From Candidatus Saccharimonadales bacterium (GTDB taxonomy: Bacteria > Patescibacteriota > Saccharimonadia > Saccharimonadales > EFPC-124): a DNA stretch of 64,000 nucleotides. Made by a program: the position numbers and the translations under genes. The DNA is taken from NCBI GenBank assembly GCA_050730875.1, contig JBOHNX010000001.1:77827-141826 (forward strand), given 5' to 3'. This document shows positions 18,146 to 25,701 of this stretch, one piece after another. Each line of letters opens with the position of its first letter. The first letter of the stretch is position 1. The notes under the pieces were generated by a model. The model saw only the letters and a program-made list of their open reading frames with translations, made no database searches and was not told where the DNA came from.

Positions 18146-19906
18146 ATGCGAATTGTTAGTCGATTGAAGCTAGCGATTGTTACTTTATTGCTTTTGCTGG
18201 CTGTGCCGTTGCCGGTTGGGGCGGGGGTGCAGGATTTTAATATTCGGTCTTTTGAGGCGGATTATTATTTGAGTCGCAGCGAAAGTAAGCGGTCGCAGCT
18301 GAAAATTGTTGAAAAAATTGTTGCTGAGTTTCCGAATTTTGACCAAAACCATGGTATTGAGCGGGCGATTCCGGAAACATATGATGGCCACAGTGTCCGC
18401 TTGGGGGTTGAATCGGTCAAAAACGAGGCTGGGCGGCCGCTGGATTACTCTACCTACGGTTCCAGCGGTAACACGGTGCTCCGTATTGGCGATGCTGATA
18501 AATACGTGCGTGGCGTGCAGACTTATGTGATTACGTACAGCCTAAAAGACGTTACTAAGAATTTTACAGATCACGATGAGCTATTTTGGGATACAAACGG
18601 CACTGAATGGGCACAGTCATTTGGCAGCGTGGTTGCGCGTTTGCACATTCCGGCGGATCTTGCTGACAGATACAATGACCAACTGCGTTGTTTTGTAGGT
18701 GCGGCAGGCTCTACTGAAGCTTGTAATTATTCTGAAGAAAAACAGGGGAACGAAACGGTCGTAACGTTTAATGCTGGCCGCCAACTTAGGCCAGGTGAGA
18801 ACATGACGTTCGTGGCCGGTTTTACGACTGGTACATTCGCGCCGTACCAACCGACTGCATTCGAAAAATCCTTACCATATCTAATTGCGGCGTGGGCTGT
18901 GCTGAACTTTTTAGCGCCTATTGTTATGGTAATTTTGCTGATTGTCCTGTGGCGCCGCTATGGCCGCTCGCATAAGGGCCGCGGCGTTATTGTGCCGGAA
19001 TATTTGCCGCCAAAAGAGGCAAGTGTGCAGACGGGCGGTGCAGTGCTAAAAAAGACCGGCAAAGTTATGACCGCACAGATTATCGACCTCGCTGTGCGAC
19101 ACTACATAAAAATTTACGAAACCAAGCGCGGCAAATTGTTTAAAAAACGCTCGTATGACCTTGAACTAGTGCGCTCGCCAGATGGTTTGCGCGAAGAAGA
19201 GGTCAGCCTGGTGAAATACTTGTTTGGCAGCGAGGCGCAGGTAGGTAAGCGGGTAGATATTACCACTATTTCCGCACCGTCGGTGCAGAAGAAGATCATG
19301 GCGCTTGTGAAACGAGTCCGCAGAAGCGCCGTAAAGGCTGGCTATTTCGAAGATCGCGCGGCTGTACGCAAGAAGTACTACTGGGTTGGTGGCATTATAA
19401 TTGCGCTGGGCGTGCTGCTTTTGAGCCCTGGGCTCGTGTTCTCCGGAATTTTGATGGTTATCGTGGTATCAAAGCTGTGGCCATTGAGCGAACAGGGAGC
19501 GGCTCTGCGTGATTACTTGTACGGGCTGCGTGACTACATGTTGCTGGCTGAAGCCGAACGTCTGCGGCAATTGCAAAGCCCCGAAGGTGCGGCGAAAATG
19601 GCGGGGATTAATCCGGATGATAAATCTCAATTAGTGAAACTTTACGAACGCTTGCTACCATATGCGATTATTTTTGGCATCGAAAAGCAGTGGGCGAAGG
19701 AATTTGCGCCGCTTTACGAACAACAACCAGACTGGTATAGCGGCAATTGGTCTACGTTTAACGCGGCAGCGTTTGCATCGTCGTTCAACGGTTTTACATC
19801 TGCCAGCGCGACCGCATTTGCACCGCCAACAAATTCGTCTTCCAGCGGCTTTTCGGGCGGATCGTCCGGAGGTGGGGGAGGCGGTGGTGGCGGTGGTGGC
19901 TGGTAA
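18146..19906 (+). CDS. DUF2207-type membrane protein with poly-Gly C-terminus
   Basis: ATG 18146 gives signal peptide MRIVSRLKLAIVTLLLLLAVPLPVGA. It has a large extracytoplasmic domain, TM segments, and the tail SSSGFSGGSSGGGGGGGGGGGW characteristic of DUF2207. Confidence 0.8.
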   Translation: MRIVSRLKLAIVTLLLLLAVPLPVGAGVQDFNIRSFEADYYLSRSESKRSQLKIVEKIVAEFPNFDQNHGIERAIPETYDGHSVRLGVESVKNEAGRPLDYSTYGSSGNTVLRIGDADKYVRGVQTYVITYSLKDVTKNFTDHDELFWDTNGTEWAQSFGSVVARLHIPADLADRYNDQLRCFVGAAGSTEACNYSEEKQGNETVVTFNAGRQLRPGENMTFVAGFTTGTFAPYQPTAFEKSLPYLIAAWAVLNFLAPIVMVILLIVLWRRYGRSHKGRGVIVPEYLPPKEASVQTGGAVLKKTGKVMTAQIIDLAVRHYIKIYETKRGKLFKKRSYDLELVRSPDGLREEEVSLVKYLFGSEAQVGKRVDITTISAPSVQKKIMALVKRVRRSAVKAGYFEDRAAVRKKYYWVGGIIIALGVLLLSPGLVFSGILMVIVVSKLWPLSEQGAALRDYLYGLRDYMLLAEAERLRQLQSPEGAAKMAGINPDDKSQLVKLYERLLPYAIIFGIEKQWAKEFAPLYEQQPDWYSGNWSTFNAAAFASSFNGFTSASATAFAPPTNSSSSGFSGGSSGGGGGGGGGGGW

Positions 19907-20018
19907 GCCTTGTTATAATTTGTAGAGATGACCAGCCTACAAATACCAACCAAACGGAAGCGCGCGGAAAAAATGAACAACGCAGTTGTTCTACAAGATT
20001 TTTAAAAATCGTAAACAC

Positions 20019-20047
20019 TTGCATGCAAGCTCGTCTTTCAGTACAAT
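20019..20047 (+). promoter_or_regulatory. Sigma-70-type promoter driving the metK riboswitch leader
   Basis: TTGCAT (20019-20024), a 17-nt spacer and TACAAT (20042-20047). Confidence 0.5.
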
Positions 20048-20065
20048 CAGCATCGCACATTTAAA

Positions 20066-20180
20066 CCATAAATATCATGAGTGCAGCGAGAGACCTAGCT
20101 CTGTGACCTGCCGGCAACCAGTGCTTTTTTAGCAACCAGGTGCCCCTTCTAGCCCGTGACGCGGGGAAGATATACAGATG
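20066..20180 (+). promoter_or_regulatory. SAM riboswitch, SAM-I clan (SAM-IV or SAM-I/IV-like core)
   Basis: AUAUCAUGAGUGCAGCG...CCUGCCGGCAACC...GGUGCCCC...GAUAU. P1 is ATATC (20072-76) paired with GATAT (20169-73). A P3 hairpin lies between GCAACC and GGUGCC, and a small hairpin CCCGUGACGCGGG lies before the P1 3' strand. Located directly upstream of metK. Confidence 0.75.
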
Positions 20181-20244
20181 AGATTTGTTTTTTCAAACTT
20201 CTTTTGTATCTCCGCCAGTCGGCAGATATGAAAGGAGTTTTTCT

Positions 20245-21357
20245 ATGTCAAAAACTGTAACCTACTTCGCCAGCGAATCTGTTTGTGCTGGGCATCCAGA
20301 TAAACTGTGTGACCAAATCAGCGACGCTATTTTAGACGAGATCCTCAAGCAAGATCCAAACGCCAAAACCGGTATTGAGGTTATGGCGAGTGCTGACTTG
20401 CTGACGCTAGCAGGCGAAATCCGCACTACCGCCAAGGTGGATTTGGTAGAAACCGCGCGCAAGCAAATCCGTCGCCTTGACTACACCAACGCCGATTGGA
20501 GCTTTCATGACGGCTGCGAAATCCGCAACTTCATACACGGCCAATCGCCCGAAATTGCGGTCGGCGTGGACGCCGAAGGGGCGGGCGACCAGGGTATGAT
20601 GTTTGGCTTTGCCTGCAACGAAACGCCGGAGCTGATGCCGCTGCCAATTGTCCTGGCGCATGCAATTACTAAGGGGATTGATGACGCGCGCGAAAGCGGT
20701 ACGCTGCCGTATTTGCGCCCGGATGGCAAAGCGCAGGTAGTAGTGAAATACGAAAACGATAAGCCGGTTAGCGTTGCCCACGTAACGCTCGCTGCGCCGC
20801 ATAACGAAGATGTTTCGCTCGAGCAAGTAAAGGAAGATTTGCTGGCGAAAATCGTTATGCCGGCGCTGAAAAAGTACGGCTTTACAGTCGACCCGCAAGA
20901 CGTTGTGGCAAACGGCACTGGTGTGTGGCATATTCCTGGCCCAACATCTGACGCTGGCTTAACCGGGCGCAAAATTGTGGTCGATGGCTACGGCGGCTAC
21001 GCCCGAGTTGGCGGTGGTGCCTTTAGCGGTAAAGATCCAAGCAAAGTAGACCGATCCGGCGCATACGCCGCACGCTACGTTGCCAAAAATATTGTGGCAG
21101 CGGGCCTAGCGACCAAGTGTGAAGTTGCATTTGCGTACTACATTGGCGGCAAAACACCGGTCATGACGCGTATCGAAACCTTTGGCACCGAAACAAAACC
21201 GCTGGCCGAAATCCACAAATTTGCCGATGACCTCCTTGAACCGTCGGTGAGGCAAATCGTCGAAAAACTGGACCTCAAGCGACCAATCTATCTACAAACC
21301 GCTGCCTACGGTCACTTTGGCCGCAACGAATTCCCATGGGAGAAGGTTGTCGCTTAA
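20245..21357 (+). CDS. metK: S-adenosylmethionine synthetase
   Basis: Internal ATG 20245 after SD AAAGGAG. Motifs ESVCAGHPDKLCDQISDAILD, GAGDQGMMFGFA and GGGAFSGKDPSKVDRS. Confidence 0.95.
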   Translation: MSKTVTYFASESVCAGHPDKLCDQISDAILDEILKQDPNAKTGIEVMASADLLTLAGEIRTTAKVDLVETARKQIRRLDYTNADWSFHDGCEIRNFIHGQSPEIAVGVDAEGAGDQGMMFGFACNETPELMPLPIVLAHAITKGIDDARESGTLPYLRPDGKAQVVVKYENDKPVSVAHVTLAAPHNEDVSLEQVKEDLLAKIVMPALKKYGFTVDPQDVVANGTGVWHIPGPTSDAGLTGRKIVVDGYGGYARVGGGAFSGKDPSKVDRSGAYAARYVAKNIVAAGLATKCEVAFAYYIGGKTPVMTRIETFGTETKPLAEIHKFADDLLEPSVRQIVEKLDLKRPIYLQTAAYGHFGRNEFPWEKVVA

Positions 21358-21386
21358 ACACGGCGTGCTATGCTTATGCTTAAGGT

Positions 21387-22277
21387 ATGAGCGCAGAGCA
21401 ACACGCAACACACCCTGAGTCGGCGCGGGCTAAAAAACCACGGCCGTATTGGCACGTTGATTTTAAATGGATTACGGGACTGTTGTTGACCGTGGTGCTC
21501 GGCGTGTGGCTGCTAGTGCTTGTGGCGTATCAAATTACGGCGCCAAAACCAGGCATTGATATAACAACCAACTTAATGTCGTCCGCGTTCACGCGCGAAG
21601 GGCAGGACGACGCCAAAGGTCTGGAAGAATTAAGGGCTAAAATTGCCGAGAGCCCAGATAAAACCTTCCGTCCGTTCCCAGGTATGCCGGTGGCGATAAC
21701 CGAAAAGGACCTGGAGCTTTCACCGCAACAAATCCGCGATAAAATCTTCCGCCAGATAACCGAACCTCTCTATTACAAAGGCGCGCGTGGCCTTGCCGAG
21801 GAATTTACATCCGACAAAGCAGCCCAGGATAAATTTGTAAACGATGCTGGGTTAATAAGTATTATCAGCCAGGAACGTCACCGCCAACTGGGCGATATTG
21901 CCTGGAAGCTGGGCGTAGTGGTGTTGTTGCTCACGGCTGCGGTCGTGTACTTCAGCCATCGCTGGGGAAGGTTAGTGACGCCGGGAATTATATTGCTGCT
22001 GGTGAGCGTGCCCGGTTTGTTGATCTTTTCTGGCCTGAAGCAGGCAATCCTAAGTCCGGCTGAACAGCCTACGCAGCCAACCAACGAGGAAGACGGCGCA
22101 GCGTTTATACAGCTTATGATCGCTAACGCCAAAGGTGCATTCGCACCGGCTGCCGAAATTGGCCAATCGACCTATTTGTTAGGGCTACAAATTGCACTCG
22201 CGTTACTTGCGGCAGCTCTCATCGCTAAAATCGTTTTTGTTGTGATCGCCAAAGTTCGCGCTAAACAAACCGCGTAG
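21387..22277 (+). CDS. Membrane protein, unknown function
   Basis: 296-aa ORF with one N-terminal and several C-terminal TM segments. No motif recognised. Confidence 0.6.
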   Translation: MSAEQHATHPESARAKKPRPYWHVDFKWITGLLLTVVLGVWLLVLVAYQITAPKPGIDITTNLMSSAFTREGQDDAKGLEELRAKIAESPDKTFRPFPGMPVAITEKDLELSPQQIRDKIFRQITEPLYYKGARGLAEEFTSDKAAQDKFVNDAGLISIISQERHRQLGDIAWKLGVVVLLLTAAVVYFSHRWGRLVTPGIILLLVSVPGLLIFSGLKQAILSPAEQPTQPTNEEDGAAFIQLMIANAKGAFAPAAEIGQSTYLLGLQIALALLAAALIAKIVFVVIAKVRAKQTA

Positions 22278-22303
22278 CTTGCGCTTCGTGCGATAATAGA
22301 AGT

Positions 22304-22549
22304 ATGAAGGGGGATCAAGCGGTAGAATTCACACCTCCGCATTCGTCGGGGTTGTGGGAGCTTGGTATCACAGAACTTGCAGGGCATAACATTGAAACGG
22401 CTGGCCGCGAAGAAGTGAATAAAATGCTCGATGAAGGCTGGACTTTGCTGCATATTTACACTTTGAAGTACCGCGAGGACGGCATTTGGCGCGAACGGCC
22501 AATGGCGATTTTGGGAAGGCAAAAACCGAAAGAAGAAAGCTCGACTTGA
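22304..22549 (+). CDS. Small hypothetical protein (81 aa)
   Basis: Protein-like composition. Extended -10 TGcGATAAT (22289-22297) ends 6 nt before the ATG. The overlapping minus-strand ORFs look like shadows. Confidence 0.45.
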   Translation: MKGDQAVEFTPPHSSGLWELGITELAGHNIETAGREEVNKMLDEGWTLLHIYTLKYREDGIWRERPMAILGRQKPKEESST

Positions 22550-22583
22550 CGACATCCTCTTTCCAATCCGATAATGACGGTAG

Positions 22584-23066
22584 ATGACCGAGCAACTGAC
22601 CCAAGAACCAGAACGAAATCCAGAACAGCTTTGGGTCGCTCACGCCCAGGTGTATCGAGTGAAAGACGAACAAGTTGAGTTTCTTTTGATTAGGCGCGTG
22701 CCGGAAGATGGCGGTTTTTGGCAGCCGGTAACAGGCGGGATCGAATCGGACGAGAAAATACGTGACGCCGTTCTGCGTGAAGTCCACGAAGAAACCGGCC
22801 TCGCCGACTTTTTGTACGTGAGCGATGTGCTGCATCGCACGCATTGGCTGCACGAACGGTCGGGCCGCAAGGCAACGGACCTGGTCCATGCTATCGAGGT
22901 AGCGGCTACCGTTGAAGTTGCACTTTCTGACGAACATGATGATTACCTGTGGCTTCCATTCGAACGGGCAATAGAGCAGCTGCATTTCGATGGCAATCAA
23001 GAATCCATGAGAATCGTGTACACTCACATTCTTGAACGACTAACACAACAGGAGGCAGCCGCATGA
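22584..23066 (+). CDS. NUDIX hydrolase
   Basis: Nudix box GGIESDEKIRDAVLREVHEETGL (GX5EX7REUXEEXGU). Confidence 0.85.
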   Translation: MTEQLTQEPERNPEQLWVAHAQVYRVKDEQVEFLLIRRVPEDGGFWQPVTGGIESDEKIRDAVLREVHEETGLADFLYVSDVLHRTHWLHERSGRKATDLVHAIEVAATVEVALSDEHDDYLWLPFERAIEQLHFDGNQESMRIVYTHILERLTQQEAAA

Positions 23067-23221
23067 ACACCGAAAAAACAATCGTCTGGCAAGCATCGGC
23101 TTGGGCGGGAACCGAGCATTGCAAGCTCGAGCCAGAGCAAAATGGATTTGTAGTCAGAAGTGGCGATCAGCGTTTCCGGTACCAAGATGGCCAATCTGGT
23201 TACGTGGGAGAATGTACATGA
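23063..23221 (+). CDS. Small ORF (52 aa), translationally coupled on both sides
   Basis: Below the track size cutoff. MNTEKTIVWQASAWAGTEHCKLEPEQNGFVVRSGDQRFRYQDGQSGYVGECT. GGAGG lies 7 nt upstream. The start overlaps the Nudix stop (ATGA) and the stop overlaps the next start (ATGA). Confidence 0.35.
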   Translation: MNTEKTIVWQASAWAGTEHCKLEPEQNGFVVRSGDQRFRYQDGQSGYVGECT

Positions 23222-23595
23222 GCGACGAAGATTTTGAAAAAATTGTGAGCGAAGCGCTCGACGAACTGCCGCAAAAATACGTTGGCAACATGAACAATGT
23301 GGCCATTGTGTACGAAGACGAGCCGAGCGCCGACCAGCGCGTGCAGCTTAAGCTTCGTTGCAATGAATCGCTCTACGGCCTCTACCAAGGCATTCCGCTC
23401 ACAGCGCGTGGTGCTGGTTATAATTTGGTCTTGCCAGATAAAATTACGATTTTTAAAAACACACTCGTTGCCGATAGTCGAGATAGGGCAGATTTAAAAG
23501 CCAAAGTAAAGCACACGCTATGGCACGAAATCGCACATCATTTTGGACTGGGTCACGATCGCATCCATATGCTCGAAGATAAAAACAACAAATAA
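23218..23595 (+). CDS. Minimal zincin-like metallopeptidase (DUF1025-like)
   Basis: MSDEDFEKIVSEALDELPQKY...VAIVYEDEPS...LYGLYQGIPL...HTLWHEIAHHFGLGHD (HExxH). ATG 23218 is chosen for SD spacing; the upstream part of the track ORF is R/W-rich. Confidence 0.75.
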   Translation: MSDEDFEKIVSEALDELPQKYVGNMNNVAIVYEDEPSADQRVQLKLRCNESLYGLYQGIPLTARGAGYNLVLPDKITIFKNTLVADSRDRADLKAKVKHTLWHEIAHHFGLGHDRIHMLEDKNNK

Positions 23596-23646
23596 TCGTA
23601 GCATACTAAATTTGTAAATACCGCTACTTTTTGTCACAGTAGATGT

Positions 23647-23961
23647 ATGCATGAACTATTTAGTGGTGAAGAGTGGACGCTACGGGCGAAGTGCCGGAGG
23701 GCCCAAGATCCGGACTCTTTTTATGTGAGCGGTGCTGAGCAAAACCAAGCGAAACGCCAATGTCGTGGATGCAAGGTACGGCTACAGTGCTTAGCCTTTG
23801 CAATCAGAACCGAAACTCTTGATAATACGCACGGTGTGTGGGGTGGCACGACTGAACGCGAACGAAGAAGACTAGTAAAGAGAGCGGAAAAGCGGGATAT
23901 GTCTCGGCTTGAGCTCGCCCAAACAATCCTTGACCTGGTAGAGGAGCCAGATCAACACTAG
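23647..23961 (+). CDS. whiB: WhiB-like (Wbl) [4Fe-4S] transcription factor
   Basis: Cys pattern C-x27-C-x2-C-x5-C (KCRRAQ...RQCRGCKVRLQC), a GVWGG turn, then a basic tail TERERRRLVKR. Confidence 0.85.
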   Translation: MHELFSGEEWTLRAKCRRAQDPDSFYVSGAEQNQAKRQCRGCKVRLQCLAFAIRTETLDNTHGVWGGTTERERRRLVKRAEKRDMSRLELAQTILDLVEEPDQH

Positions 23962-23994
23962 CATAGTGCTTATGCCACTGTATAATTAAGGTTA

Positions 23995-24582
23995 ATGGCT
24001 CTGCGTAAAACAGTCGATATGTTTAGCCGTTTGTGGCTAAGATACCAATACAAACACACCACGCTGGCGGTGGCCGTGGTTGTTGCGTTTGTATTGCTCC
24101 TGGACAGTGCCTTACTGGTGAGCACCTTCACGTTTTTTGAAAATTTGAGCTACGCCGGCGGGTTTATCGCCGGGGCGCTCGCAGTGTCATTTTTTACGGC
24201 TTTGCCAGCGTTGGTTTTGCTCGCTACGCTGGCAACCCAGCTCGATCCGTTGCTTTTGGCGTTTGTCGCAGCCTTGGGTAGTGCAGTTGGCGACTGGTTA
24301 ATATTGCTATTTTTTGAAGAGAAGGTTTTTCATGAACTTAGGCCATTAGTGAAAAAAACTGGAGCTATGCGCGCAATGAGGTTACTTGATCGTCCGGCGA
24401 CGCGGTGGATACTAGTGAGTACGGGCGCCATTATTGTCAGTACGCCACTGCCAGACGAAGTTGGCCTTGGTCTTATGGGTGTTTCAAGGTTCAATAAGCT
24501 TTATATAGCGACCCTCTGTTTTTTCCTGAATGGCGCTGGCCTGCTGGCGTTTATTTTGGCGGTGCGCGGTATAGCGGGATAA
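23995..24582 (+). CDS. Small multi-pass membrane protein, unknown function
   Basis: 195 aa with 4-5 TM segments. TATAAT (23981-86) ends 8 nt before the ATG. Confidence 0.55.
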   Translation: MALRKTVDMFSRLWLRYQYKHTTLAVAVVVAFVLLLDSALLVSTFTFFENLSYAGGFIAGALAVSFFTALPALVLLATLATQLDPLLLAFVAALGSAVGDWLILLFFEEKVFHELRPLVKKTGAMRAMRLLDRPATRWILVSTGAIIVSTPLPDEVGLGLMGVSRFNKLYIATLCFFLNGAGLLAFILAVRGIAG

Positions 24583-24592
24583 GGGAGGTACC

Positions 24593-25072
24593 ATGCAAAC
24601 TATAATTTTTGCCGCTGGCTGCTTTTGGGGCGTACAGGCGTACTTCGATCAAGTTCCGGGAGTAGAACATACTACCGTTGGCTACACTGGCGGGCATGTA
24701 GCAAATCCGACATACGAGCAAGTATGCGCGCATACAACTGGTCACGCCGAGGCGGTGCGGATTGAATTCGATCCTAAAAAAGTAAGCTACGGCACTTTGC
24801 TAAAGCACTTTTTCCGTATGCATGACCCAACGCAGCTCAATCGGCAAGGATTGGATGTGGGGGATAGCTACCGCTCGGCAATTTTTTATACATCCGACGA
24901 ACAAAAAGACTTGGCCGAAAAAGCCAAAGTCGAAGCCCAAGCCCAATTCGACAAACCAGTTGTGACCGAAATCACCACCGCTAGCGAGTTTTACAAAGCC
25001 GAAGCGTATCATCAAAAATACTTCGAAAAAACCGGCCGTGGCGCCTGCCATGTGCCATATCAACCGCTCTAA
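24593..25072 (+). CDS. msrA: Peptide-methionine (S)-S-oxide reductase
   Basis: IIFAAGCFWGVQAYF (GCFWG catalytic motif), GYTGG, HAEAV, and YHQKY. Confidence 0.95.
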   Translation: MQTIIFAAGCFWGVQAYFDQVPGVEHTTVGYTGGHVANPTYEQVCAHTTGHAEAVRIEFDPKKVSYGTLLKHFFRMHDPTQLNRQGLDVGDSYRSAIFYTSDEQKDLAEKAKVEAQAQFDKPVVTEITTASEFYKAEAYHQKYFEKTGRGACHVPYQPL

Positions 25073-25111
25073 CTTGCATAACCCTTACGTTTATGCTATA
25101 GTTAATTCACC

Positions 25112-25681
25112 GTGACCCCAGAGACTTTACACCTTCCTGAAGTTCGTGAGCCGAATAAAGAGGCTGAGCAATTTATTGCAACGCACACCATACTACCCGA
25201 TGGTGAACAGCTGCCGCTTACAACGTATAGGTTACAAGAAGGTGCTCCAGATACACTTCGCTTAACCACGCAGCGTGCTTATGCCGAAGATGAACGCTAT
25301 ACCCAAGTCGTGCGAGTATCTCCTGGCCATCGTGTTGCACTCATAACGAAGAGTGGTGATGAGATAGCCGCGTATGTTCTAGATGCTCAAAAAGGCACCC
25401 TATTTCGCAGGGGCAATTTCGATACGCATTCATATCGTTTAATAAATAGCCTTGGCGAATGGGGAGTCCTGAATGACGAGCACGACACTAGTGCCGGTGA
25501 TGTGATGGTGCCGCTCGAACATATGGATTGGGTAAAAGCAGTTGGCATAGATTATGAGCGCGGTGAGCGTAGTCCAGAACCGATTGATATTGCTGAACTT
25601 TCTGATGAGCAGCGAGAAGAGCTATTGCTGCCAGGGCAAGTGCTTGATGCCATTCGGCAACATCTTATACACAATTCGTAA
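25112..25681 (+). CDS. Hypothetical protein (189 aa)
   Basis: GTG start. Promoter TTGCAT (25074-79), 17 nt, TGcTATAGT (25097-102), ending 9 nt before the GTG. Acidic soluble protein with no motif recognised. Confidence 0.5.
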   Translation: MTPETLHLPEVREPNKEAEQFIATHTILPDGEQLPLTTYRLQEGAPDTLRLTTQRAYAEDERYTQVVRVSPGHRVALITKSGDEIAAYVLDAQKGTLFRRGNFDTHSYRLINSLGEWGVLNDEHDTSAGDVMVPLEHMDWVKAVGIDYERGERSPEPIDIAELSDEQREELLLPGQVLDAIRQHLIHNS

Positions 25682-25701
25682 GGTGTTGCTATAATGGCAG
25701 C

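Noticed and set aside
19850-19906. GGT/GGC-rich run (ggaggtgggggaggcggtggtggcggtggtggc) as a possible tandem repeat or phase-variation tract
   Set aside because: It encodes the poly-Gly C-terminal tail typical of DUF2207 proteins. The codons are mixed, so it is not a pure slippage-prone repeat.
22368-23027. Minus-strand 219-aa ORF opposite the Nudix gene, and 22172..22555 (127 aa)
   Set aside because: They have no motifs and odd composition. They are antisense to a Nudix gene with a perfect Nudix box and to a promoter-supported small ORF.
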